32,000 nt of DNA from Dickeya dadantii NCPPB 898 (lineage in GTDB: Bacteria; Pseudomonadota; Gammaproteobacteria; Enterobacterales; Enterobacteriaceae), in NCBI RefSeq assembly GCF_000406145.1, contig NZ_CM001976.1, forward strand, positions 3,539,263 through 3,571,262, written 5' to 3'. Every line of letters begins with the position of its first letter. Positions within the stretch are counted from its first letter, which is position 1. Shown in pieces: positions 1 to 10,684 of this stretch. The position numbers were made by a program, and so were the translations under genes. Below the pieces are notes generated by a model. It saw nothing but the letters and a program-made list of their open reading frames with translations, had not been told where the DNA came from and did not search any database.

Positions 1-1
1 C

Positions 2-1405
2 ATGATGCTGTCGGCCTTTCCGGCTCGGACCGGCGCGGTGGCGCATCGAGTGCGGGAATTTCAGGCATTGCGCGACACGTTATCGTCGCTGACGCTGGGT
101 ACGCTGATCGACTTTCCGTTCGCGCTGCTGATGCTGATTCTGCTCGGCATGCTGGGTGGTCCGCTGGTCTGGATACCGTTGCTGACGCTGCCTCTGGTAC
201 TGCTGATCAACGGGCTGCTGCAAAAGCCGATCACGACAGCGCTGACCCTTTCCCGACGTCTGACTGACGAACGGCAGGCGCTGCTGACCGAGACGCTGGG
301 CGGGCTGGATATCATCAAAATTAATAATGCGGAAGGCGAGCGTCAGCACCAGTGGGAACAAATCAGCGGCGACATCAGCCGGCTGGACTCGCGGGTGAAA
401 ACACTATCGTCCATCGCCACCCATCTGACGCAATCATGTCAGCATCTCGCCGGCATTGCAGTGATTGTCTCTGGAGTATATCTGCTGCCGGACGGCCAGC
501 TAACCCTGGGCACGCTGTTCGCCTGCTACCTGCTCAACAGTCGGGCGCTGATGACGCTGGGGCCGCTGTCCGAGCTGTTTACCCGTTATCAGCAGGCGCG
601 ACTGACGCTGGAAGAAACCCGTCATCTGATGGAGTTACCGCAGGAACGGGGCGAACAGCCCTACCCTCTGAAACGGGAAAGCATTCAGGGTAGCATCGAG
701 TTTCGCGATGTCACCTTCCGCTACCCGGAGCAGAAAAATCGCGCCCTGATTGATATTAACCTGTCGATCCGCCCCGGCGAAAAAGTCGGCATTATCGGCC
801 GTACCGGTTCCGGTAAAAGTTCTCTGGAAAAGCTGATCGTCAACCTGTATCAGCCGACCAACGGCAACCTACTGATCGACGGCATAGACGCCCGTCAGCT
901 CGATATCGCCGATGTGCGTCACCACATCGGCTATGTGCCGCAGGATATTCAGCTATTCAGCGGCACGCTGCGGGACAACCTGATTTGCGGCGCCCGCTAT
1001 GTAGAAGACGACGCGATGCTGCGCGTGGCGGATATTGCCGGCGTGAACGATTTCGCCCGGTTGCACCCGGACGGTTATAACCTGCAGGTTGGTGAACGTG
1101 GCATGCAACTGTCTGGCGGTCAGCGGCAAGCGGTCGCCATCGCGCGCGCGCTGCTGCTTGATCCGCCGATTCTGGTGATGGATGAACCCACCAGCGCCAT
1201 GGACAACAGCAGCGAAGACCGGTTTAAGCAGGCTCTGCAAACCTACATCGCCAACAGAACGCTGCTGCTGGTGACGCACCGGGTTTCCATGCTGACGCTG
1301 GTCGATCGACTAGTGATCGTGGACAAAGGGCGCATTATCGCCGATGGTCCCAAAGCCATCGTGCTGGATGCATTAAAGAAGGGGCAGATCAATGCGTCTC
1401 GCTAA
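2..1405 (+). CDS. Type I secretion system ABC transporter permease/ATPase (HlyB/LapB/LssB family); 5' end outside window
   Basis: ORF is open to the window edge. Hydrophobic TMD part is followed by an NBD with Walker A GRTGSGKSS, Q-loop VPQD, signature LSGGQRQ, Walker B ILVMDEPTSAMD and H-loop VTHR. It overlaps the downstream HlyD-family gene by 14 nt. Confidence 0.9.
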   Translation: MMLSAFPARTGAVAHRVREFQALRDTLSSLTLGTLIDFPFALLMLILLGMLGGPLVWIPLLTLPLVLLINGLLQKPITTALTLSRRLTDERQALLTETLGGLDIIKINNAEGERQHQWEQISGDISRLDSRVKTLSSIATHLTQSCQHLAGIAVIVSGVYLLPDGQLTLGTLFACYLLNSRALMTLGPLSELFTRYQQARLTLEETRHLMELPQERGEQPYPLKRESIQGSIEFRDVTFRYPEQKNRALIDINLSIRPGEKVGIIGRTGSGKSSLEKLIVNLYQPTNGNLLIDGIDARQLDIADVRHHIGYVPQDIQLFSGTLRDNLICGARYVEDDAMLRVADIAGVNDFARLHPDGYNLQVGERGMQLSGGQRQAVAIARALLLDPPILVMDEPTSAMDNSSEDRFKQALQTYIANRTLLLVTHRVSMLTLVDRLVIVDKGRIIADGPKAIVLDALKKGQINASR

Positions 1406-2237
1406 ATTCGTACAACATCTCAACGCGTATTTCTCCAGCCACCACCAGTCGGATCCTCAGGCGTTGCCGGACGTTGGACGGGCGCTGGTGGAAGATACGC
1501 CCCGCCTCATTCGGCTGTCGATCTGGATCATGCTGGCTTTCGCAGTCTTTCTGGTCGGCTGGGCGGCGGTTGCCGAAATTGATGAAGTCGTGCACGTGAC
1601 AGGGAAAACGATCAGTCAATCGCAGCGCTATCGGGTACAGGCGCAGGAAACGGGCGAACTCAGCGACATGTATATCCGCGAGGGGCAAATCGTCAACATC
1701 GGCGAACCGCTGATGCGGCTGGAGCATATCCAGCCTTCCAATACGAGCGCCGACGCCAGTGAAAACAAGGCGGATAAGCTGTCGCTGGTGGTGTCTCCCG
1801 TGCGGGGCATCATCAGATACATTCTGGTCGATGCCGCTACTGGTAAAATCTCTCCCGGCCGTACGCTGGTGGAAATCACGCCGCTGGATGACAAGCTGCT
1901 GATAGAAGCGCGGGTCAGGCTGCAAGATATGGCGTATTTGCGCCCCGGACAGGAAGCAATGATGACGTTCACCGCATATGACGACGCTACACTTGGCGGG
2001 CTGAAAGGTTATATCGACCAGATTAGTCAGGATATGGTGACCGATCAGGCCGGCAATAGCTTTTATCTTGTGCGGTTGCGTACGGAGAAAAACTATCTGG
2101 GGAATATCGACAAGCCGCTGCTGATTCTTCCCGGCATGGTCGCCAATGTGAATATCATTACCGGCAGAAAGACATTACTCAGCTATCTGCTGAAACCGAT
2201 TCGGCAAGCCCGGGCGGAAGCCCTGCGGGAAAGATAA
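1392..2237 (+). CDS. HlyD-family T1SS membrane fusion / periplasmic adaptor protein, atypically short (281 aa, no coiled-coil hairpin)
   Basis: ATG start overlaps the ABC gene. N-terminal TM LIRLSIWIMLAFAVFLVGWAAVA, lipoyl and beta-barrel segments. C-terminus LLSYLLKPIRQARAEALRER resembles E. coli HlyD ISYLLSPLEESVTESLRER. Confidence 0.85.
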   Translation: MRLAKFVQHLNAYFSSHHQSDPQALPDVGRALVEDTPRLIRLSIWIMLAFAVFLVGWAAVAEIDEVVHVTGKTISQSQRYRVQAQETGELSDMYIREGQIVNIGEPLMRLEHIQPSNTSADASENKADKLSLVVSPVRGIIRYILVDAATGKISPGRTLVEITPLDDKLLIEARVRLQDMAYLRPGQEAMMTFTAYDDATLGGLKGYIDQISQDMVTDQAGNSFYLVRLRTEKNYLGNIDKPLLILPGMVANVNIITGRKTLLSYLLKPIRQARAEALRER

Positions 2238-2250
2238 CACGAATCGGCGT

Positions 2251-3810
2251 TTACTGGTGGGTATTCAAATCATGATAGATCTGAGTCTGGCTTCGTCCCA
2301 ATGCCTTCGCCTGATACATCGCCGCGTCGGCATTGATAGCCAGCGTCAGCGAATCCGTACCGTGTTCCGGATACAGCGCAATCCCGATGCTGCATGAAAT
2401 ATCCAGCTTCTTGCCTTCAATATAGAAAGGTTCATTGAGGGCATGGTGGATCTTGTCCGCGACATACAATGTATTCTCGACCTCTTTGATCCCCTGCAGC
2501 AAGATGATGAATTCGTCGCCGCTACGGCGATATACCGTGTCTGTTTCACGCACAGCGCCTCGCATACGCGCCGCGGCTTCCTTCAACAGCAAATCCCCGG
2601 TCGCATGGCCGAAGGTATCGTTAATCTGCTTGAACTTATCCAGGTCGAGGAACATTAACGCGATCTTGCGGTGGGTCTGGCGAGACAGTTGAATCGCCTG
2701 CTCCATTTGCTCGGCGAAAGTCAACCCGTTGGCCAGTGAAGTCAGGGAGTCGTAATGCGCCAGCTGTCGGTAGTGCTCTTCACTGCGACGCAACATATCA
2801 ATCGCCCGATAACGTTCGATCGCCACCGCCACCAGTTGCGCTGATTTCTCAATCGAAGCGATTTCGTCCTCTGTCGGGGAATAAACCTTACGGTGATAAA
2901 CGCTCAGCACCCCAAGAATTTCCTTGTTCTGCCCGAAAATGGGTTCAGACCAGCAGGAGCGCAAGCCGGCATACAACGCCAGGCCCTTATACAGCGCCCA
3001 ATGGGGATGGGTGGAAATGTCTTCCGCAATAACGCGCTTGCCGGAGTAGGCGGCCGAGCCGAACGAAGCCGCGCCATCGGCAATCTTCACATTATGAATA
3101 GCATTCTTGTAAAAACCGGGCAGGCTGGGAGCCGAACCAAGGGTCAGACACTTCTTCTCCTTGTCGACCAACAGCACGGAGCAGACAATTCTTCCGGGGT
3201 TTTTCTCCTCGACGCTGAAGATGATCGCATCCAGAATATCCTTCAGCGGCGCGCCGCTCGACAGCAGCTCCAGCGCACGGTTGTAGGAATTGTCATGGTG
3301 CTCCTGAGTCTTACGCTCAGTGATATCCATTTTTATGCTGACATACTGAACCGCATCGCTGGCTTTATTATATATTTTGACGATACTGGCTTTTTCCCAA
3401 TATAACTGTCCGTTTTTCTTACGGTTAATAAACTCGCCGTTCCAAATTTCGCCTTTATTCAGGGTGGACCACAGTTCCTCATACACGCTAGCGTTGGTCA
3501 TGCCGGAACTTAATATATTCGTCTTGCGCCCGATCACTTCTTCCGCTTCATAACCCGACATCACGGTGAACTGCCGGTTCACGTACACGATTTCACAGCT
3601 TTCATTAGCGATCATAATGGATGAGGGGCTGTATTCGGCGGCGAAGAACACCATGTTCAGGAAGTCCTGCTTTTTTTGTTCCGCGTTAGCTTTTTCCTGG
3701 AATTTGCGGCTCCTTGCAGAAGAAATCCCTAAGAGTACTATTAATAGGGTTATTATAATTTCATACACAATAACACTCTCCTCAGGCCCGGAACGGTCCT
3801 GATCGAACAA
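2251..3810 (-). CDS. Membrane-anchored PAS-GAF-GGDEF diguanylate cyclase with SGDEF active-site variant and intact RxxD I-site
   Basis: N-terminal TM IIITLLIVLLGISS. PAS (IVYVNRQFTVMSGYEAEEVIGRK...WNGEFINRKKNGQLYW). GAF-like middle. GGDEF domain with RETD-x5-SGDEF. The 3810 start is TTG with no SD. GTG at 3768 is preceded by GAGGAG and is the more likely start. Confidence 0.85.
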   Translation of the reverse strand: MFDQDRSGPEESVIVYEIIITLLIVLLGISSARSRKFQEKANAEQKKQDFLNMVFFAAEYSPSSIMIANESCEIVYVNRQFTVMSGYEAEEVIGRKTNILSSGMTNASVYEELWSTLNKGEIWNGEFINRKKNGQLYWEKASIVKIYNKASDAVQYVSIKMDITERKTQEHHDNSYNRALELLSSGAPLKDILDAIIFSVEEKNPGRIVCSVLLVDKEKKCLTLGSAPSLPGFYKNAIHNVKIADGAASFGSAAYSGKRVIAEDISTHPHWALYKGLALYAGLRSCWSEPIFGQNKEILGVLSVYHRKVYSPTEDEIASIEKSAQLVAVAIERYRAIDMLRRSEEHYRQLAHYDSLTSLANGLTFAEQMEQAIQLSRQTHRKIALMFLDLDKFKQINDTFGHATGDLLLKEAAARMRGAVRETDTVYRRSGDEFIILLQGIKEVENTLYVADKIHHALNEPFYIEGKKLDISCSIGIALYPEHGTDSLTLAINADAAMYQAKALGRSQTQIYHDLNTHQ

Positions 3811-4544
3811 ATCGCATCACTGAAGACGAAAAATCCCGGTAATAACTCCCCTCGTCTGGATTTTCAGGGTTGGCACATTTCCGGAGAGTAGAAAGGATGA
3901 ATGAGAAAACTATCCAGCTCTGCAGGACAGGTTCATAGCCATAAAAACGACAGCATAAAGCCTCCATTATATCGCCGTGTGCAGACCTAAATAATAGAAT
4001 CAAGAGAATTAGCTTAATCAGTTATATTAATGATAGTTATAGACATAAGCCTGGCTAATATTTTGATACAGCTCTTTACAGATTTCGTAGCGCAGTATTT
4101 TGACTATCAATTTTTCGTAAGCAAATCAATTATACCGATAAGTCCCACCATTTTAATCAAAAATAACTATCATCAGTCGCTTTTTGATCGTTGGTGACAA
4201 ACATTTATTTTTTTGTCTTTATAAATCAATCAATTAAAACAATAAAATCAACCAGTTCTTTCTCTTATGATTGCTGTTTTTTTAGACTGTCATCACAGTT
4301 TACTTGTTCAGCAAACAGAACCTCGGCCACATAAAACACTATATTTGTATAAAAAACAAGGCATAAAAAATGAAAAAACCATGACTAGCAATCTAATCAT
4401 TTATTTTATACTGTATATTGATAGAGTATGAATTTTTCTTTTACCCTCAACGCTCTGGTGAGAACGACGGCGGGTTTCTAGGGGGGGCTGAATGCATTGC
4501 ACACCTGGGTAAAAGCAACAAAGCAGGCATAACAGAAGGGATGA

Positions 4545-5336
4545 TTACAACTCGGAACGAAGATCGTCCAGATTTTCAAACGGTTGAGGTCGTGACAAGA
4601 AATACCCCTGGGCTGCCGAGGCATTAGATTGTCTGACAATTTCCCACTCTTCTTTAGTTTCAACCCCTTCAATGACGACATCATTACAGTAAGTGGCAAT
4701 CAGCGTGACCAGTGACGGAAACAGCTGCCGCCCCTCTTCGCTCTTGAGCAACATAATGAAAAGCTCGCGGGCAATCTTGATGCAGTCATACCTTGCCGGC
4801 GCCAGCGAGGAGAAATTCGCCACGCCGCAGCCAAAATCATCCAGCCAGAGCTGCCCCGCTTCGGGCAATGTCGCCAGCGTATCGTGAGGCAAAACAGCCA
4901 GGCTTTCAACCAGTTCAAAACGCAACCAAGGCATGGTCGCCAGCAGTTTTTTGGCTTTAAGGTTTTCCTGCAGCGCCAGCAATGTCAATCCATCAATATT
5001 GACGGATGCGCGCAGTCCATCCTGGACAAAACGGTCATGCCACCGGCTCAGTAACTGCAATTGTTCAATAACGATATTTAAGCGTTCTTCGACATTAAGG
5101 CGGGCAAAGTAGTGTTCGGGAGATAAAAACTTCTGCGGCATGGACGGGTGAAAAACGGCAGTCAGCAATTCAATTCCCATTAGGCGACCGGAAGTACGGT
5201 AAATGGGTTGGAATCTGTACCGCCTGTGGCAGCTGTGCCAGTAATCAGCGTCTGCAAACTGTGCCTCCCCGGTGATGGAGACTTCAGAGCCGGGCTGATT
5301 AAAGTGACTATTTTGCTGCACTATATGTTCCGCCAT
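4545..5336 (-). CDS. pdeH: c-di-GMP phosphodiesterase, stand-alone EAL domain (ELL variant), PdeH/YhjH family
   Basis: 263 aa. Full-length resemblance to E. coli PdeH as I recall it. Shared motifs: QPIY..GRLM.(I/V)ELLT, SVNIDG, PWLRFELVE, LWLDDFG.G.ANFS, IKIARELF, EGVET.EEW, AAQG.FLSRP. FliA-type promoter upstream. Confidence 0.85.
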   Translation of the reverse strand: MAEHIVQQNSHFNQPGSEVSITGEAQFADADYWHSCHRRYRFQPIYRTSGRLMGIELLTAVFHPSMPQKFLSPEHYFARLNVEERLNIVIEQLQLLSRWHDRFVQDGLRASVNIDGLTLLALQENLKAKKLLATMPWLRFELVESLAVLPHDTLATLPEAGQLWLDDFGCGVANFSSLAPARYDCIKIARELFIMLLKSEEGRQLFPSLVTLIATYCNDVVIEGVETKEEWEIVRQSNASAAQGYFLSRPQPFENLDDLRSEL

Positions 5337-5383
5337 TGAAGGATATGCTTACGAATAAAAGTATACCACATGCATACATGAGT

Positions 5384-5410
5384 TTATCGACCTTGCCCTG
5401 ACAATCTTTA
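5384..5410 (-). promoter_or_regulatory. Sigma-28 (FliA) promoter for pdeH: TAAA-N15-GTCGATAA
   Basis: Minus strand reads TAAAgattgtcagggcaagGTCGATAA. Consensus is TAAA-N15-GCCGATAA, so spacing is exact and 7/8 of the -10 element matches. It lies about 48 nt upstream of the pdeH ATG. E. coli pdeH is a class 3 flagellar gene. Confidence 0.7.
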
Positions 5411-5669
5411 TCCAGGTCAACTGTAATGCGAGTTACAGTACAAAGCGAATATGACGGACACATTGCATGGGAATTTTTGTTTTTTTATATCAAAAAGCTA
5501 TGAAAAATTATGCATTACAATCGCATAATAGTGATTAATGTCTTCGTCGTATAGTCTCTCAATCAAACGAATAGGCTATTTTTTTTAGCCCTTCTCCGCC
5601 TGCACCGTTTATGACGCAACCAGACTGTGTAACCGGCTCACAGAAGAGTATAATCGGCGGCTGATTTAG

Positions 5670-5983
<314 letters not shown>

Positions 5984-6006
5984 GGCCGGCCCGGTGCCGC
6001 CCAATT

Positions 6007-6387
6007 CTAATTTTCAATAATTACGGTAGCGCAGGCGTAGTGACGCTCATCCGCCAGCGAAACATGCACGTGCCGAACGCCCATTGTCTCGGCCAGTTCG
6101 GCGGCACGCGCCAGAAACCGTAAGCACGGTTTGCCCAGCGAATCATTCGCCACTTCGAATTGCGCAAAGGCCAGGCCATCGCGAATACCGGTGCCAAACG
6201 CCTTGGCGGCGGCCTCTTTGACCGCAAAACGCTTGGCCAGAAACCGCACCGGCTGTGAATGAGCCTGATACTGCAACCATTCCTGATCGCTGAGCACCCG
6301 TCGGGCAAGACGATCACCGGAACGACCGGTGATCGCTTCAATACGGGCAATTTCGACGATATCCGTGCCGAGTCCCAAAATCGCCAT
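6007..6387 (-). CDS. acpS: Holo-[acyl-carrier-protein] synthase
   Basis: 126 aa, [17 protein letters not shown]... typical AcpS. TGATG one-nt overlap with pdxJ. Confidence 0.95.
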   Translation of the reverse strand: MAILGLGTDIVEIARIEAITGRSGDRLARRVLSDQEWLQYQAHSQPVRFLAKRFAVKEAAAKAFGTGIRDGLAFAQFEVANDSLGKPCLRFLARAAELAETMGVRHVHVSLADERHYACATVIIEN

Positions 6388-7118
6388 CAGCGGCGGGCTT
6401 CCCGCATCAGAGTTTTCATTTCCGCCACCGCCGACGCCAGACCGCTCATCACTGCGCGCCCGATAATGGCGTGACCAATATTCAGTTCGTGCATTTCCGG
6501 CAGCGCCGCAATCGGCTGGACATTATGATAGGTCAGGCCATGACCGGCGTTGACCTTGATGCCCCGGCTCGCAGCATAGGCCGCCGCGTCACGGATACGC
6601 TCAAATTCCTGCTGCCGGGCAGCATCGGTTTGTGCATCAGCATAAGCGCCGGTATGGATTTCAATATAAGGCGCTCCGCTGGCTACCGCAGCATCAATCT
6701 GGGTACGGTCGGCGTCGATAAACAGCGACACCTGAATACCAGCCTGGCGCAGTTGCGTTACCGCCGCGGTAATGCGATCGAGCTGACCGGCCACATCAAG
6801 CCCGCCTTCCGTCGTCACTTCCTGCCGTTTTTCCGGCACCAGACAACAAAAATGCGGCTTCAGTTCGCAGGCTATCGCCAGCATTTCATCCGTTACCGCC
6901 ATCTCCAGATTCATACGGGTCTGGATGGTCTGGCGCAGCAGGCGTACATCGCGATCGGTAATATGACGTCGATCTTCACGCAGGTGTACGGTGATACCGT
7001 CCGCTCCTGCCTGTTCCGCCACAAATGCCGCCTGTACCGGATCGGGATACGCCGTGCCACGAGCATTACGCAGGGTGGCGATATGGTCAATATTTACGCC
7101 CAACAACAACTCAGCCAT
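6387..7118 (-). CDS. pdxJ: Pyridoxine 5'-phosphate synthase
   Basis: The ORF extends to 7169, but the homology-consistent start is the ATG at 7118 ([21 protein letters not shown], 243 aa). Confidence 0.95.
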   Translation of the reverse strand: MAELLLGVNIDHIATLRNARGTAYPDPVQAAFVAEQAGADGITVHLREDRRHITDRDVRLLRQTIQTRMNLEMAVTDEMLAIACELKPHFCCLVPEKRQEVTTEGGLDVAGQLDRITAAVTQLRQAGIQVSLFIDADRTQIDAAVASGAPYIEIHTGAYADAQTDAARQQEFERIRDAAAYAASRGIKVNAGHGLTYHNVQPIAALPEMHELNIGHAIIGRAVMSGLASAVAEMKTLMREARR

Positions 7119-7189
7119 GATCCATCCTTCAACAATAAATGACCGCCGCAGTGTACACCCCGGCTGCACATGACGATACCCTGCCGGTA

Positions 7190-7924
7190 CTAGATCTTGC
7201 CGTCCGGCGCCGCCTTATAGGGTTTTGGTATAAATTGCCGAAATAGTTCCCGGCTTTTCAGCGGCTTGCCGCCAAGGTAGGGTTTCAGCGCCATACGGGT
7301 AAAACGCTTGGCGGCACGCAGGGTATCGATGTCGGGAAACTCCCTTGACGCCAGCGCCTGCAGCTCGCGCCCGGTGAAACTGACGTTATCCACCACCAGG
7401 CTGGCAATAAAGCCTTTTTCCGCCCGATAACGGTAAGTCATGGTATCGGCAACCGGTTCGCCGCTGCCGGCACAGTGCAGGAAATCCACGCCGTAACCGA
7501 GATGCTCCAGCAGCGCCAGTTCGAAGCGGCGCAAGGCTGGCTCAGGCGAGCCGCTGGCGGCAGCCAACTGTTGCAGACAATGGAGATAATCGAAAAACAG
7601 CGCGGAATAGTCGGTTTCCAGTTCCAGCACCCGCGTCAGCAACTCGTTTACGTACAAGCCGCTGTATAACAACGGACCGCTCAGCGGTAACGCCAGAGAA
7701 ACCGGTTCGGCATTGCGCAGGGTTTTGACTTCGCCGCGCCCGCCCCACCGCACCAGCAACGGCGTAAAAGGCTGGAGAGCACCTTTGAGACTGGAGCGCC
7801 GCGCCCGGGCACCTTTCGCCAGCACCCGCACGCGGCCTTCATTTTCAGAAAACAGATCCAGCAGCAAGCTGGTTTCGCTGTAAGGTCGCCCATGCAAGAC
7901 AAACGCGCGCTGCCAGCCTTCCAT
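7190..7924 (-). CDS. recO: DNA repair protein RecO
   Basis: 244 aa. [11 protein letters not shown]... is near-identical in pattern to E. coli RecO. Follows era as in the rnc-era-recO operon. Confidence 0.95.
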   Translation of the reverse strand: MEGWQRAFVLHGRPYSETSLLLDLFSENEGRVRVLAKGARARRSSLKGALQPFTPLLVRWGGRGEVKTLRNAEPVSLALPLSGPLLYSGLYVNELLTRVLELETDYSALFFDYLHCLQQLAAASGSPEPALRRFELALLEHLGYGVDFLHCAGSGEPVADTMTYRYRAEKGFIASLVVDNVSFTGRELQALASREFPDIDTLRAAKRFTRMALKPYLGGKPLKSRELFRQFIPKPYKAAPDGKI

Positions 7925-7935
7925 CGGCGCACACC

Positions 7936-9521
<1,586 letters not shown>

Positions 9522-9699
9522 CTACCAATAGATCTATAATGCCTTTTTAAACAACAGCATACGGAACAGCCCTGCCCTTGCCACTAAAAAGTCAAAACTG
9601 TTTCGTTTGCAGTGGCTCCCGCCCGGGAGCCAGCATTTATTATTCAGAAATATTCTACAACGGAAGTCGCAAATATGCTGCGAGTTTATTTACATTCAA

Positions 9700-10668
9700 T
9701 TAATGAATTCCACCGATACGGCTTAAACGCACACCGGTAGGCCATTCACCTTCCTGTTTTTCAAAACTCATCCAGATAGCTGTCGCCTTACCCACCAGAT
9801 TACGCTCCGGCACAAATCCCCAATATCGGCTGTCCGCGCTGTTATCGCGGTTATCGCCCATCATGAAGTAGTGACCGGCTGGAACCACCCAAGACCCTAA
9901 CGACTGGCGCATCTGCTGGTAATAAAGCCCCAGTTGATCCTGAGCGCCCGGTACGGTGAGGATGTTGTGAGTGACCTCGCCCAACGTTTCCTTGCGAACA
10001 GCCATACGGATGCCTTCACTTTTCTGACCAACCGGAATCTGGTAGAAACCGCTGGTCATCTCGCGCCCGGTTCCGCTGAATGTCTGTACGAAATCGCTGG
10101 GCTCCACATTGCTGTAAGTCACCGGCAAAGCGCTGCCGCAGCTCGGTTTGTCGCCGCACCCCGGCTGAATGGTGACCTGCTTGGCGATCGGGTCGTAACT
10201 GACGCGATCCCCCGGCAGGCCTACGACACGCTTGATGTAGTCCAAACGCGGATTTTCAGGGTATTTGAATACCGCGATATCGCCGCGTTTCGGGTGCCCG
10301 GTTTCAATCAAGGTTGTCTGGGTTATCGGATCCTTGATGCCGTAAGCAAATTTTTCGACCAGAATGAAATCCCCGATCAACAGCGTCGACATCATCGAGC
10401 CGGAAGGGATCTGAAACGGTTCGAAAATGAATGAACGCACCACAAACACCAGCGCCAGCACAGGGAAAACCGACGCAAATGTTTCGATCCAGCCCGGCTG
10501 CTTGATACTGTGCGCCAGCGTTTTCTCGTCGACAGCCCCATTAACCTGCTGGCTCAGCGCGGAAATCTTGGCACGCCGCGCTGGCGCCCATTTGAACCGT
10601 TCCAGACACCAGACAATGCCGGTCACCAGCGTTGCCAATGCCAAAATCAGGGCAAACATATTGGCCAT
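9700..10668 (-). CDS. lepB: Signal peptidase I
   Basis: 322 aa. SGSMMSTL catalytic Ser box, GDNRDNSADSR box. SD GAGGAG upstream. Confidence 0.97.
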   Translation of the reverse strand: MANMFALILALATLVTGIVWCLERFKWAPARRAKISALSQQVNGAVDEKTLAHSIKQPGWIETFASVFPVLALVFVVRSFIFEPFQIPSGSMMSTLLIGDFILVEKFAYGIKDPITQTTLIETGHPKRGDIAVFKYPENPRLDYIKRVVGLPGDRVSYDPIAKQVTIQPGCGDKPSCGSALPVTYSNVEPSDFVQTFSGTGREMTSGFYQIPVGQKSEGIRMAVRKETLGEVTHNILTVPGAQDQLGLYYQQMRQSLGSWVVPAGHYFMMGDNRDNSADSRYWGFVPERNLVGKATAIWMSFEKQEGEWPTGVRLSRIGGIH

Positions 10669-10684
10669 GCCAACTCCTCAGGGT

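Noticed and set aside
61-1925. Multiple 60-180 aa ORFs overlapping the T1SS genes in other frames (61-318, 80-361, 352-693, 953-1279, 1389-1925, 1628-1972).
   Set aside because: They overlap well-supported ABC and MFP coding frames, and their Arg/Gln/Ser-rich translations have no motifs.
4381-4431. Small ORFs in the AT-rich spacers, for example MTSNLIIYFILYIDRV at 4381-4431. Several 12-35 codon ORFs also occur in 5337-5684, 12485-12745 and 19679-19870, which prompted a look for type I toxins.
   Set aside because: None has an SD, a plausible promoter-terminator frame or an antisense partner. Such ORFs are expected by chance in AT-rich DNA.
4545-5336. Suspected degenerate or inactive EAL domain (ELL instead of EAL, no Arg in EALxR, IKIA instead of KID), possibly a YdiV-like anti-FlhDC factor.
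   Set aside because: The same deviations occur in E. coli PdeH (YhjH), a highly active phosphodiesterase. The metal and catalytic residues (N in SVNIDG, ELVE, DDFG, EGVE, QG) are intact, unlike in YdiV.
5420-5439. Possible LexA/SOS box (CTGT...ACAG). A similar look-alike lies at 5624-5642 upstream of yfhL.
   Set aside because: The spacing between CTGT and ACAG is 10 and 11 nt respectively, not the required 8. The first is kept only as an unassigned inverted repeat.
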